Positions 26,173 through 40,367 of a DNA stretch of 64,000 bases are shown here, one piece after another. Where the stretch lies: positions 71,672,001 to 71,736,000 of the forward strand of contig OX597830.1 of NCBI GenBank assembly GCA_951406725.2, written 5' to 3'. How positions within the stretch are numbered: position 1 is the stretch's first letter; every line of letters starts with the position of its first letter. A program made the translations under genes and the position numbers. The stretch is from Octopus vulgaris (taxonomy: Eukaryota). Under the pieces are notes generated by a model. That model had not been told where the DNA came from. It saw only the letters and a list, made by a program, of their open reading frames with translations, and did no database searches.

Positions 26173-26396
26173 TACTCTTTTACTTGTTTTAGTCATTTGA
26201 GTGCGGCCATGCTGGAGCACTGCCTTTTAATCGAGCAACTCGACCCCGGGACTTATTCTTTTGTAAGTCCAGTACTTATTCTATCGGTCTCTTTTTGCCG
26301 AACCGCTAAGTAACGGGGACATAAACACACCAGCATCGGTTGTCAAGCAATGCTAGGGGGGGGGGTGTGACAAACACAGACACACAAATACACACG

Positions 26397-26429
<33 letters not shown>

Positions 26430-26583
26430 ACGACGGGCTTCTTTCAGTTTCCGTCTACCAAATCCACTCACAAGGCTTTGGTCGGCCCGCGGCTATAGTA
26501 GAAGACACTTGCCCAAGGTGCCACGCAGTGGGACTGAACCCGGAACCATGTGGTTGGTAAACAAGCTACTTACCACACAGCCA
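26173..26583 (-). mobile_element. SINE family A, near full length
   Basis: Colinear with the 12215 copy. Confidence 0.9.
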
Positions 26584-26867
26584 TGTGTTTTATAACGCTA
26601 AAATACCCAATATTACTGCTGTTTACGCAGCTATACTGCGTTGATTTGCCGAGTCATCTGTTTTAATATGGATTTTAGATAACCGTGAGCGCCTGTCTTT
26701 TTTTTTCCCTTTTTTTACAGAAAACTCCATTTTAAAAGTTATATATTGCTACAGGTGGACAAGCAAACACACACACACGCGTACTCACACGCATACACAT
26801 ACACACACAATTCATACTTATATTCAGACGCACACACACAAACACAGAAATGCTTATACATATGACA

Positions 26868-26898
<31 letters not shown>

Positions 26899-27072
26899 CA
26901 CGCACACACACACACACATACACACACACACACACACACATGGGCCAAAGAATCCATCAAACGGGATAATTCTCACCCTATATCACTTTTCCGTATGTTC
27001 CTCATGAAGTCAAAAATGTAAAGAATTTAAATATTCCAGTTATGGACAGCTTTGCTGGATTTACAAACATAT

Positions 27073-27485
27073 GCGGAGGAGTGGCTGTGTGGTAAGTAGC
27101 TTGCTTACCAACCACATGGTTCCGGGTTCGGTTTCAGTCTCACTGCGTGGCACCTTGGGCAAGTGTCTTCTACTATAGCCTCGGGCAGACCAAAGCCTTG
27201 TGAGTGGATTTGGTAGACGGAAACTGAAAGAAGCCCGTCGTATATATGTAAATATATATGTATGTGCGTGTGTATGTTTGTGTGTCTGTGTTTGTTCCCC
27301 CAACATCGCTTGACAATCGATGCTGGTGTATTTAAGTTACCGTAACTTAGCGGTCCGGCAAAAGAGACCGATAGAATAGGTACTAAGTTTATAAAGAATA
27401 AATCTTGGGATCGATTTGCTCAACTAAAGGAGGTGCACCAGCATGGCCACAGTTAAATGACTGAAACAAGTAAAAGAGACTAAAG
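27073..27485 (+). mobile_element. SINE family A, full length
   Basis: GGAGTGGCTGTGTGGTAAGTAGCTTGC head through to the GACTGAAACAAGTAAAAGAG tail. Confidence 0.9.
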
Positions 27486-27549
27486 AGAGAGTGTTCTTTC
27501 ATTGCTTTTGCCTGCGAGACGATAGTTAAATAAAAAAAATTTTTTTATG

Positions 27550-27691
<142 letters not shown>

Positions 27692-28370
27692 CACACACAC
27701 ACACGCATATATTTGATCAGCAATTTAGAGAACAATAGATGGAAGTAATTAATATTTATATCAAACTTTTTGAAGCAAGCCTAAAGTAATATATAAACAT
27801 AATTTATCAGCAGCTGAAATAAAGTTTCGTACACGACTATACTATACCATCTTCCTCTTGAAACTAGTAACAAAAAGAATAATCAATTCAATCATATACA
27901 CCCTCACCACACATACACACGCACGCACACACACAAACATAAAAAAGTTCCTCTCACGCACTGAGACACATTAGTTACACCTTCTAAATTATATATGTAA
28001 TTTTTATGTCCTTTTTATATATCATTGATTATTTTTATAATCGGATATATATACACACATATTTGATTTATTTCCGACCCATAAACTTTAAAATATACAC
28101 ACTATCCCATTCATATATATTCTTTCGTGTGTGATCATCTTCCAATCTCTCTCTCTTTCTCTTTCTCTCTCTCTCTCTTTCTCTTTCTCTCTCTCTCTTT
28201 CTCTTTCTCTCTCTCTCTCTCTCTTTCAGTCTTTTCCCTCTCTCTCTCCCAGCATGACCACAGCCTCAGGCTTGAAGCGCATAATAGAATAAACCATTAT
28301 ATGTTTAGTTTTTTTTTTCTTTTTTTTTAGTTTTGTTAAGCCATTCTATTACAAGTTACAATAAATAATA

Positions 28371-28570
28371 CTAGTCTTTGGTTTGTAATTTCCCCTTGTA
28401 TTTCAATATTCCGGGTTTAGGATCTCTTCTGGAAAAATTTGGAGAAATGGTGTTACACACTACAGAACACAGAAGTCAGCTCACAGCAACGTTTCTCCGA
28501 AGAGTTCCGGAAGAAGTGGTTTTAACCCTGGAATACTGAAATACAAGGAAAATTGCAAATCATTGACTTG
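28371..28570. repeat. degenerate inverted repeat (~75-bp arms)
   Basis: TTTGTAATTTCCCCTTGTATTTCAATATTCCGGG pairs with CCCTGGAATACTGAAATACAAGGAAAATTGCAAA. Confidence 0.7.
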
Positions 28571-28858
28571 TAATATTACTTGTAATATTACCTGTAGAAA
28601 GAAAAAAAACACGTATTCTTTTATTCTTTCATGTTTCAGCATAAAATCTGTAGCTATCACAATACTTCATTCAAACTATAATACCTTACACACACACACG
28701 CACACGCAGACACACACACACAAATGTTTCAATTTGCAATCGGGAGCAAAACTTTGTAGACGATATATGTAATAGAATTGTATTCGGATTTTTTCAAACC
28801 AGAGACGTCCCTTTTCATTATTTTAATAATAATAAGAAGAAGAAGAATAAGAATAACT

Positions 28859-29131
28859 CAGATACCAGGAAACCTCAAAATGGCAGAAATTCAAAAGATA
28901 GTGCTCATGGGAACTGCTCATATCCTACGCAAAATACTCTCTATGTAATCCCAAGGTTTAAAACAACCTTTTTTTTAAGTATTAGACATTCACTAGTACA
29001 ACACCAAAAAACCCCAAATATATGGCACACTAGGCATAACAACAACGTGAACTTCCAACCTGTTGTCTCTTGAGGTCTCTGGGTGAGACTTGGAGCCAAC
29101 TTGTACAGACATGAAGCAAAAGTCAAATATA

Positions 29132-29172
<41 letters not shown>
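28859..29172 (+). mobile_element. 3' end of an R4/Dong-like RLE non-LTR retrotransposon with (TAA)n tail
   Basis: 28859-28948 translates QIPGNLKMAEIQKIVLMGTAHILRKILSM*, resembling the R4-clade C-terminus; AAT repeats on both sides. Confidence 0.7.
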
Positions 29173-29177
<5 letters not shown>

Positions 29178-30409
29178 TGCTGTTAATGGTTCATCCCTCT
29201 TATATAATAGTTTCACTTTAATAGTTTCAGTATGAAAGTGAAAGCATCTGACATTACAATAGAGAGATGTTTTTGTTTTACTTTTAACACGTAATACTGA
29301 AATAGTGGAGAAGATATGATGTTGCTGTGGGCTCACCCTTGGCAAGAAGTTAAATTTTTTTGCCCATGACTCTACATAGACCCCAAGTAAGGCATGTGTA
29401 AAATTTGAATGAAATTGGTTGAGTAGTTCCCAAGTTTTAGGGATTCACACAGACAGACAGACAGACAGACAGACACATCCACACATTCTCAGCTTTAAGG
29501 GACCAAAAGTATACTCTCAAAGTTACCCGGACTTCACGGATAACTCTCAAGTATAATGTATCATTTTATTATCCTCAGATCATTGCTTGTAGGAGAATGG
29601 TGAAGACGCTTCACTTCACAGTTACGAGGTTGAGGGTTCACTCTCGCAGTGAGCCTTTATATTAAGTGATACATAGCCTGAAGGTGTCCCAAGCTATGTA
29701 GTACTAACCAGATGGACAGGAAACACAGTCGAGATCCATTTGATGCACTGTACTCGTGATTCGGATGCACATCTTTGTAACCTACAATGTCATGATAAGT
29801 CCCTCTAAGAAATTAAATTACGGTGCAAATGACTTTGAAATATTCAGCTATTTAAAGTATAACGATAATACATTTAGCAGTGAAGTTGAAGTACAAATGT
29901 GAAAACCTTCTATACTTCTATACTTTAGAGTATGGAATAATATATTTCGTTTACAATTAGATAAAGGCAATAGACATATATGAGTTAAGTTATCATATCT
30001 TTTCTAAATTATAAGGCAATTACAATCATAAAAAAGAACGAACATACATTTGGGGAAATTGTAATTTTATCACTATGCTTTACTTTATACTCCACAGGAA
30101 CAAGTAATCCTATTGGTTATACAAAACCTCGCCAGCACCAGAAAATATTGAGACTTTTAAATGTACGAAGCACTAACTGCACATTTGAATAGTTAAACAC
30201 AACTGCAATCCGCTGCAATAGCTAGCGAGAAAGTTTCACCACAAATATCAAAACGTTGTGGTTTCAAGCCTGATTGAGTACGTTTATGCGTCAATAGATC
30301 CCTGTTTTGTACGTATATTTAGCCAGGAATACTGCAGTTGTATCGTTTCTCCCTCGTACGAATATGTTTGTGGTTAGATAAATGTCCGTTTTATCATTTA
30401 TCTTTTATC

Positions 30410-30700
30410 GTTTACTTGTTTCGGTCATTTGACTGTGGCCACGATGGAGAACCGTCTTGATGGGTTTTTGTTGAACAAATTGATCCCAGGTCTTCTTGAA
30501 GTCTAGTACTTTTTTCTATCAGCCTCTTTTGCCGAATCGCTTGGGCGACAAACACAGACACACATACACGCACATATACGACGGGCTTCTTTCAGTTTCC
30601 GTCTACCAAATCCACTCACAAGGTTTTGGTCGGCCCAAGGCTATAGCAGAAGACACTTGCCCAAGGTGTAACATTGTGGGACTGAACTCGGAACCATGTG
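30410..30700 (-). mobile_element. SINE family A, internally deleted
   Basis: Tail and 5' body match family A. Confidence 0.8.
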
Positions 30701-30889
30701 ATTAAACGCGATCACATAGTTTTGAATTGAGGGAACTACTTTCTTAATTTAAACGATTTCCCACAGACTTCATACGCGTATAATTTTCTTTGTTTGATGA
30801 AGGATATTATTCAAAGCAGGCGTTCTTTTATTATGAATCTCTCTTTCACTGAGTTTCTTTTCCATACTTTCAAATCTGTATAAAATCTA

Positions 30890-31232
30890 GTCCCACTGCG
30901 TGGCACCTTGGGCAAGTGTCTTCTACTATAGCCTCGGGCCGACCAAAGCCTTGTGACTGGATTTGGTAGACGGAAACTGAAAGAAGCCCGTCGTATATAT
31001 GTATATATATATATATGCGTGTGTGTGTTTGTGTGTCTGTGTTTGTCCTCCCAACATCGCTTGACAACCGATGCTGGTGTGTTTATGTCTCCGTTACTTA
31101 GCGGTTCGGCAAAAGAGATCGATAGAATAAGTACTGGGCTTACAAAAGAATAAGTCCCGGGGTCGAGTTGCTCGATTAAAGGCGGTGCTCCAGCATGACC
31201 GCAGTCAAAATGACTGAAACGAGTAAAAGAGT
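30890..31232 (+). mobile_element. SINE family A, 5'-truncated
   Basis: Starts at AGTCCCACTGCGTGGCACC and runs to the tail. Confidence 0.88.
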
Positions 31233-32329
31233 AAATCAATCGTCAGTAGAGATATATATTTCTATAAAAAATTTCAATAATGTTATATTTTCTTCTTCAA
31301 AGTTTGATTTCTCCACTACAAAGCAAACCGTCTTGAATTTTGGAAATCATTCATTTGTATCCTCGAAAAATGTACGTAAGAAACAAGAAAATGTCCGTAA
31401 ACTTTGACGTGACACTCTCATACTAATAACAACAATGTTGAGGTTATAAATGATCAGTCACTACTAAATCAATTGCTACAGAAACATTGTTGCTTTCTGT
31501 GACAGGGAACGAACATTATGACACCTATATTGTTATCATTGTCCAACCACATGTCAATATCGAGTCAAAAATTTAAAGCGGTATGCTGGTAAAACCTTTA
31601 GTTCACTAGGCAAATGCTTAGCGGCATTTCGTCCGTCCTTACGTTCTGTGCTCTAACTCTACCGTGGTCAATTTTGCTTTTCATCATTTCATGAAATAAA
31701 TAGTAGTTGAGTACAGGATTCGATCTAATCGACTCATTCTCTTCCCACGAAATTGCTGACCCACAACCAAAATCTGAAACTTATATCGCGTCCAAAATTT
31801 TTAGGAAAGCGAACTTAAATTAAGAGGAGTATGAAAACATGAATGCATACATTCGAACATGCATACATATATACAATCACCACATACTTGCATATACACA
31901 TTTATGCAGTCATATATGCATTCATTCATACGCACATACAAACGCACAAACATAAACTCACACACACACACACTTACATTATTCTATGTATTTGCTATGT
32001 ACATGCATACAAACACATACATATATGCATACATAGTTATACTTACAGTTATATCTACATAAATAAATACATGCATATGCATACATTTACATGTAAGGAA
32101 ACACACAGAAACAAGACACATATATGCATTTATAAACGTATACATAAATACGTATACTTGACTCCATACGTGCATGCATGCATACACATATATGCATACA
32201 TATATATACATGCATATATAAGCATGTCGGCCTGAGACTATAGCAGAAGACCCTTGCCCAAGGTATAACACTGTAGGACTGAACTCAGGACCATGTGATT
32301 AAACGGGATCACAGAGTTTTGAGTTGAGT

Positions 32330-33060
32330 GTATGAATACATGCATACAAACATACATACATACATACATATACACACACATGCATACATACACATACAGG
32401 CATACATATATATACATGCATATATAGGCACATATACACATATACGTACCTAGTCATACATACATGCATACATACATACACACATGCATACATGCATACA
32501 TAACCACACATACACATATACGTACCATGTCATACATAGAAATATTTATGCAGAAATACGTTCCTACATATACGCACACATACATATATGCATACATACA
32601 CACATGTATACATACACATACATGCATACATAGGCACAAATACACGTAGTTAGTCATACATACATCCAAACATACATACATACAAACATACATACATACA
32701 TATATATCTACATACTTGCATGCATACATACATACATACATATATACATACATACTTGCAAGCATACATACATACTTGCATGCATACATACATATATACA
32801 TACATACATGCATACATACATGCATGCATACATACATGCATACATACATATATACAAACATACATACATATATACATACATACTTGCATGCATACATACA
32901 TACATACTTGCACATATACATACATACATACATATATACATACATACTTGCATGCATGCATACATACATACATACTTGCATATATACATACATGCATGCA
33001 TGCATACATACATACATACATACTTGCATGCATACATACATTCATACATACATACATACA

Positions 33061-33094
<34 letters not shown>

Positions 33095-33165
33095 CATACA
33101 TACTTGCATGCATACATACATTCATACATACATACATACATACATACATACATACATACATACGT
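32330..33165. repeat. (TACA)n/(TGCA) higher-order microsatellite
   Basis: Recurrent CATACATACTTGCATG variant units. Confidence 0.9.
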
Positions 33166-33569
33166 TTCATTTCTCCGCAATAAAACTCTTCAACAAGGTG
33201 TTTATCAAGCGATTAAAACCTAGTCTCAATATGTTCCAATTGATAGGCGAATCCTAATTCTTCCTTTATCTGTACAGATTAAATACAGTCAACATATTAC
33301 ATATCACGTTAAGTTTACTTCAAGTTATTTACGTTGTCAGTAACTGCTGCTGGTTGCTGTTGATGTTTATTATGATTATTGTTGCTGTTGTTGTTGTAGT
33401 TGTAATTGTTGTTGCCCTTGGTACTGTTGCTCTTTTTGTTTTTTTTGTTTTTCCTTTTTGGTAAATTCCAAAATTTTCTTTCTTTTCTTCGTTATTATTT
33501 TAAAACAAAATGCTTTATCTCCGAGCTTTCTAGATTTCGCATTATTTTGAACTTCTCCATATTGTGGTT

Positions 33570-33937
33570 ACTCTTTTACTTGACTGCGGCCATGCTGGAG
33601 CACCGCCTTTTGTCGAGACCCCGGGACTTATTCTTTGTAAGCCCAGTACTTATTCTATCGGTCACTTTTGCCGAACCGCTAAGTAACGGGGACGTAAACA
33701 CACCAGCATCGGTTGTCAAGCAATGCTGGGGGGACAAACACACACACACACACATATATATATACATATATACGACAGGCTTCTTTCAGTTTCCGTCTAC
33801 CAAATCCACTCACAAAGCATTGGTCGGCCCGAGGCTATAGCAGAAGACACTTGCCCAAGATGCCACGCAGTGGGACTGAGCCCGGAACCATGTGGTTGGT
33901 TAGCAAGCTACTTACCACACAGCCACTCCTGCGCCTA
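33570..33937 (-). mobile_element. SINE family A, full length
   Basis: Colinear with the 12215 copy. Confidence 0.9.
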
Positions 33938-34067
33938 TGGGTTAATGCAGCTTTTTTTTTTTTTTTTCATGACAATGCTGTTGCCGATAATGTAGTTGAC
34001 ATTGATAACGTTCTTGTTCAATGCCAGCTCTGCACTGATTGGATAAACCTACAAGGCCTGAAATTTG

Positions 34068-34129
34068 CGAAACCGCGATCCTCCGACCGCGAGTCCGCTG
34101 CCCTAACCACTAGGCCATTGCGCCTCCAC
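34068..34129 (-). mobile_element. SINE family C tRNA-like head only
   Basis: Reverse complement GTGGAGGCGCAATGGCCTAGTGGTTAGGGCAGCGGACTCGCGGTCGGAGGATCGCGGTTTCG. Confidence 0.75.
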
Positions 34130-34361
34130 TTTTTTCGACATATTATAACAATAACAATATGAGTCAAAGTGTTCTCGATATGTATGACAAAACTTAGCAT
34201 AAGATTCAATGGCTGCGAAGTTAAAACGTTTTCTATGCAATCACGTGATTCCGGATTAATTCTCATTTTGCAGCAGTTTTGGCAAGTGTTTTTACGACAG
34301 ACGTGTGACGACCAATTCTTTGTGAGCGAATTTGTTATAGGAGAAACTATGTGGAAACCCG

Positions 34362-34415
<54 letters not shown>

Positions 34416-34808
34416 TTTTGTGTACATACCCAACTGCTTAAATATCGGTGTTGGTTTGTGTATGTCCCCATAACGTAGAGGTCCAGCAAAAGAGGACGAA
34501 AATATAATACGCTTTAAAAATTGTTTCTAAGGTTCATTTGCTTGGCTGAACCCTACAAGGCGGTGTTCCATCAAGAATGCTGTTCAATGACTGATACATA
34601 CAAGTAAAACATATAAATACATACATACATGCATACATACACACACGCATATATGGGGGGGAGAGAAAGAGAGAGAGAGAGGGAGAGAGAGTTGTGTGTC
34701 TTTGAAGTTGTGTACAGATAGTGTATATTGAGAAAAAGTAGGTAGAATTTTGGATTATCCTTTATTAGTACTTTCGATTGTTTTCGGAAATCCAGACAAA
34801 GTAAGAAT

Positions 34809-34864
<56 letters not shown>

Positions 34865-34886
34865 TATGTATATATAAATATATGTA

Positions 34887-34984
<98 letters not shown>

Positions 34985-34985
<1 letters not shown>

Positions 34986-35131
34986 CAAAAACTCCGACGA
35001 ACGGCAACGGGAAACTCAGAGTAACAGGTTTTGTTGAATTTTCTGCTGCTTTAAATAAAGCATATTACTCTACCACTGGTATTTGAGTACACTTTTTTCC
35101 ACCTTGTTTCACATTTATATGTTTACTCCGG
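34985..35131 (+). mobile_element. short (TA)n-embedded element with hammerhead-like core
   Basis: CCGACGA ACGGCAACGG GAAACTCAGAGTA ACAG; homologous to 59100-59350. Confidence 0.65.
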
Positions 35132-35181
35132 TATATATATATGTATATATATGTGTATATATATATATATATGTGTATATA

Positions 35182-35228
<47 letters not shown>

Positions 35229-35449
35229 GTATATATATATATGTATATATATATATATGTATATATATATATGTATATATATATGTATATATATATATAT
35301 GTATATATATATGTATATATATATATGTATATATATATATGTATATATATATGTATATATATATGTATATATATATATATGTATATATATATGTATATAT
35401 ATATATATGTATATATATATATGTATATATATATATGTATATATATATG

Positions 35450-35516
<67 letters not shown>

Positions 35517-35523
35517 GTGTATA

Positions 35524-35578
<55 letters not shown>
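35132..35578. repeat. long interrupted (TA)n/(TATATG) microsatellite
   Basis: Direct reading. Confidence 0.95.
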
Positions 35579-35965
35579 GGTGAAGAGAGAGCCAAACAGA
35601 GGCGTGCACAGTGACACTTCATTCTGTTTCATACTCGGAAGGGTTATTCAGACTAAAATGGAGAGGGGGTAGCTGTTAGATGTAATTGCGATCTGGTAGG
35701 TTCTTAGAGATATCTAAAAGAATAAATATCGCTTTACTGGAGATATTGACTGCCTTTCACTTTGTTAAGTACAATTACTTGCGAAAGGAATTAATGCCTA
35801 CAAATGTTTCTCGCAAACACCAACTCACAACAAGCACCCACAAAAACTAACATGCAGGAACAGGAATGCATAGGTAGTTGTATAATTGTGTGTGTATATG
35901 TTTGTGTGTGTGTGTGTGATTTTCCGATACCTAAACTGGCATACTTCATTCAAAAAATGAATATA

Positions 35966-36360
35966 GGCGCAGGCGTGGCTGTGTGGTAAGTAGCTTGCTA
36001 ACCAACCACATGGTTCCGGGTTCAGTCCCACTGTGTGGCATCTTGGGCAAGTGTCTTCTACTATAGCCTCGGGGCGACCAAAGCCTTGTGAGTGGATTTG
36101 GTAGACGGAAACTGAAAGAAGCCCGTCGTATATATATATGTATGTGTGTATGTTTGTGTGTCTGTGTTTGTCCCCCTGTCATTGCTTGACAACCGATGCT
36201 GGTGTGTTTACGACCCCGTCACTTAGCGGTTCGGCAAAAAGAGACCGATAGAATAAGTACTAGGCTTACAAAGAATAAGTCCCGGGGTCGATTTGATCGA
36301 CTAAAGGCGGTGCTCCAGCATGGCCGCAGTCAAATGACTGAAACAAGTAAAAGAGTAAAA
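35966..36360 (+). mobile_element. SINE family A, full length
   Basis: GGCGCAGGCGTGGCTGTGTGG head through to the AAGTAAAAGAGTAAAA tail. Confidence 0.92.
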
Positions 36361-36436
36361 TAGTATTTGTAAGAACACGTAAGCTTGTAAGCAGACATAG
36401 GCGTGAATACGTGCACGTGATTGTATCTTTTATCGT

Positions 36437-36890
36437 TTATTAGTTTCAGTTATTTGACTGCGGCCATGCTGGAACTCCGCCTTCAAAGGTTTTTTTACTG
36501 GAAGGAATCTTCCCTAAGATGTTTTTATTTTTGTTTTGTTTAAGCCTGGTACCAATTCTATAGGTCACTTTTGACGAACTGCTGGCTTAGGGTGACGTAA
36601 ACACACCTACAACGGTTGTCAAGTGGTATTGGGGCAGAAATACAGACACAGCTACACATGAACACATACATACATGCGTATATATATATGTGTCTGTGTA
36701 TGTATATATATATATATATATATACAGACAGACATATATAGATAGATATACACGAGGCTCCTTACAGTTTCCGTCTACCAAATCCACTCACAAGGCTTTG
36801 GTTGACCTGAGGCTATAGTAGACAACACATACCCACATAAGACTGACCCCGGAACCATGTTGTTGGCAAGCAAGCTTCTTACGCCTGCGT
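36437..36890 (-). mobile_element. SINE family A, older copy
   Basis: Tail-to-tail with the 35966 copy. Confidence 0.8.
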
Positions 36891-37021
36891 GTCTTATAAG
36901 CATACCAATAAATACAAACGCGTGCGCACATACGTACACACATACATCCAAATATATTTTATTCACAAACGCGCATACTCACATGTGTATGTATGTATAT
37001 GTATGTATGTATGTATGCATG

Positions 37022-37085
<64 letters not shown>

Positions 37086-37088
<3 letters not shown>

Positions 37089-37478
37089 TTATATATAAAA
37101 GTGAAGTTGTGTGTCTGTCTCCTACGATTTAGATTCCTAACTACTCCCACATTTTGCGGTGCAGTGTAACCAAAAGCGGGTATCTTATAGTCGTGATTCA
37201 TATCGAGCCCTTCTGGGTATTAGCGCGCATCTACGATGAGTCTACGATTTTTAAAAATATTTACCATCATTTTCCCACTTTTAATGCATTTTTTTGCTAT
37301 TATATAAGGGAAGTAACTCTCTAAAAATGTATTATTAAATCTCAGAACGTAAAAAGCTACAGTAACACCCCACTTTGTGGTTAGCCTTATTGAAATGGCT
37401 ATTATACTTTACATCTCTAAAAATGCTTATATAGTTATCTCCCTTACAAACCCGAGCAACGCCGGGCGATAATGCTAG
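37086..37478 (+). mobile_element. non-autonomous Helitron
   Basis: A|TCTTTATATATAAA start; CCCGAGCAACGCCGGG hairpin, then CTAG|T end. Confidence 0.82.
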
Positions 37479-37736
37479 TATATATATTTATATACATAGA
37501 CACATACATATAAGCACATGTACACACTCATGTGTTCCTAAACGAGTACATTTAAGTATACTTGAGTGTGTGGGTTTGTGTGTGTGAATTTCTGTATGTA
37601 TAAATATATTATACAATCATAAACTGTAGCGGGAATATATGCATACGTCTAAATTATATAGGCAAAAATAACACAATTAATTAATCGACAGAAATGGAAA
37701 ACAAGCAAGTTTCGAATTACGCAACTCAACCGTTAT

Positions 37737-37775
<39 letters not shown>

Positions 37776-37778
<3 letters not shown>

Positions 37779-37965
37779 GGTCCCGGGTTGATTCGGGGTT
37801 AACCACAGTAAATAAGGTACTCAATACATAGCAGAGTAGAATTAATTTATTATATAGAAGGAGCTTCTACAGGACTAGAACTGTAACATTCAAGAGAAAT
37901 CTTCTGAAGATTTCTCTTGAATGAAACAGTTCTAGTCCTGTAGAAGCTCCTTCTATATAATAAAT
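37776..37965. mobile_element. (TA)n-embedded fold-back element, second copy of 16485-16670
   Basis: Same GTAGGTCCCGGGTTGATTCGGG leader; palindrome centred on ATCTTCTGAAGAT. Confidence 0.8.
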
Positions 37966-38370
37966 ATATATATATATATATATTCCAAGAAACGTATATG
38001 CGTATATACCTATATACATACAGTCGCTCAGATGTCACTGTTTCAGCGAATCTGTAGGTCGTATTTTTCCGTTAAAAAAATGTAAAAACACCTGTTTCGC
38101 AGGCTGTTGATAAAATGTAACATAAATTAAAATCAAAGCTGTCAAAACAACAAATGTAATTCATATGATGCTGTGCATGCATATGTACACATTAATTGTC
38201 TGAGAATACATGATATATGTATGTTTGTTTGCGTATATATACACACAGACGTACACACAAACACACACACACACTCTCTCTCTCTTTTTCTCTGTCCCAC
38301 ACACAAATATATGCATACATATATATATATATAAGACTTTATATAAATGTGCATGGATTTGTGTGTGTGC

Positions 38371-38403
<33 letters not shown>

Positions 38404-38563
38404 CATACATAAGGGAACGAGGTGTACGTACGCCGCAATAATATATGTATAAAAATTATATATAAAGAAACAAGAACGTGAAATACACAAAGGGACGAAC
38501 ACAGAAAACAGAAGCCCTTAATCTTCAGTCAGAAACCGGATCATCATAGCAAATTTCGGCTGA

Positions 38564-38595
<32 letters not shown>

Positions 38596-38676
38596 ACGGG
38601 AAGCTTTATGAAAATAGACAAAAGACGAAGGCGGTGGAAAACAAACAAACAATTGTATTAGTATGGCGCTCAGAAA

Positions 38677-38740
<64 letters not shown>

Positions 38741-38857
38741 ACAGAAATAACAGAGTGGATCAAGGTCCCAGAATTTCGTGTGTTGGCACTTATCAAACTT
38801 GTTTCATAAGTGCCAACGCATGAAAGTCTTCGACTTTGAGTCACTCTGTTACTTCTG
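38741..38857. repeat. fold-back element with U3-A8-type hammerhead-like cores
   Basis: CAGAAATAACAGAGTG...GGCACTTATCAAAC pairs with GTTTCATAAGTGCC...CACTCTGTTACTTCTG; homologous to 43321-43400. Confidence 0.7.
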
Positions 38858-38929
38858 ATAAATATTAATAAAGACATACATATACTCATTTTTTCAGTTC
38901 TATTTTTTCCCGTTTGCACCAACATAACC

Positions 38930-38983
<54 letters not shown>

Positions 38984-39057
38984 ACGCATCCATTTCCAAG
39001 TAATCTTTCATATATATATATATATGATAGATATATATATATATATATATATGATAG

Positions 39058-39232
39058 ATCCACTACACATTATTTATTTTCTCTCCTTGTTTCCTTCTGT
39101 GTTCTTTTCTGTGGAAGAGCGTAGGCTCGAAACAATAAAGACTTTTTCACTTCCCGAGCGTTATACTAATACATCTGTTTGTTGTCTACACCACCTGTCT
39201 TCGACCTTTGATTTTTTTGTGAATTATCCCTA
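39058..39232 (+). mobile_element. short (TA)n-embedded element with degenerate hammerhead-like motif
   Basis: CTTTT CTGTGGA A GAGC-gtag-GCTC GAAACAAT AAAG at 39104-39140; a partial inverted relative lies at 38594-38673. Confidence 0.55.
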
Positions 39233-39524
39233 TATATATCCCTATATATATATATATATGTCCCGGTGTTCGTATGCATTCGATCCTTCTTCCAGGAAAT
39301 CTACGCTCCCGGCTTAGTTTTATCTAATGTATCGTTGCTATATATTTTTATATATATATTTAGGGCTGGCCGTGATTTAGTGGTCTCAAGATTGATCGGC
39401 CGTAAATATACTACGATGATCCGGTTCTTGACTGAGGATGGGGGTTTCGATATGTCCTGTCCGTGTTTGTTGTGTCGTCTTCTGAGAGTTGTACGTTCTT
39501 GTCCATGTTGTATTTTTCTACATA

Positions 39525-39585
<61 letters not shown>

Positions 39586-39633
39586 GTATGTATATATATA
39601 TATTTATGTATGTATATATATATATTTATTATG

Positions 39634-39677
<44 letters not shown>

Positions 39678-40367
39678 ATGTATGCATATGGAAAGAGAGA
39701 GAGAGAAGTAAATTGATAGCTAGCTTGATAGATCTGCATGCTCACACACAAATTCGTATGTATGTATGTATGTATGTATGTATGTACGTATTTGCTTAAT
39801 CCATCTTTTTCTCGCATTGATTTCCGCAATATTTAAACGTCTTGTTTAGTGATTGACAAATTATTAAAAAGACATTCGCAGAAACATATAAACTGGTCAT
39901 AACACATTGTTTGGAAAACAATAACAGAGCTATTTAAATGTGTGCAGGCAAGAAATGAAGTTGTAAACCAGGTTATGCGCACACAGACGCACATATGTGC
40001 ATCCGCACATATGTGCATCCGCACAAGCAGACATGCAAACGCACGCACGAACTCTGTCTTTCTTAAAACCTTTAGCTTGTAGTTATTTACAGTGAAAAGC
40101 ATGGCGAAAGATATCTATGAATATAATCGTGGATAGATATTATCTTTATTGTATCCAGCAAAAAATTATTTAGTCAGCATACACACTCACACATATATAT
40201 GCTTATATATGTATATTGAGGGTGAGCAAAAATCACGCACGAACTGTGCTCAATACGTTCCGGGATTGTCAAAGACATGCATTTTTTTTTTTTTTTTCTA
40301 AAATTGAATAAAATTAATGAAGAATATGCCTGAATTTGTTGATGATGAACAAAATGAATAATAATAA

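Noticed and set aside
27995-28090. TGATTTAT and CCCATAAA motifs resembling Hox/Pbx and posterior-Hox binding sites
   Set aside because: Such motifs are expected by chance in sequence this AT-rich; cross-species conservation would be needed.
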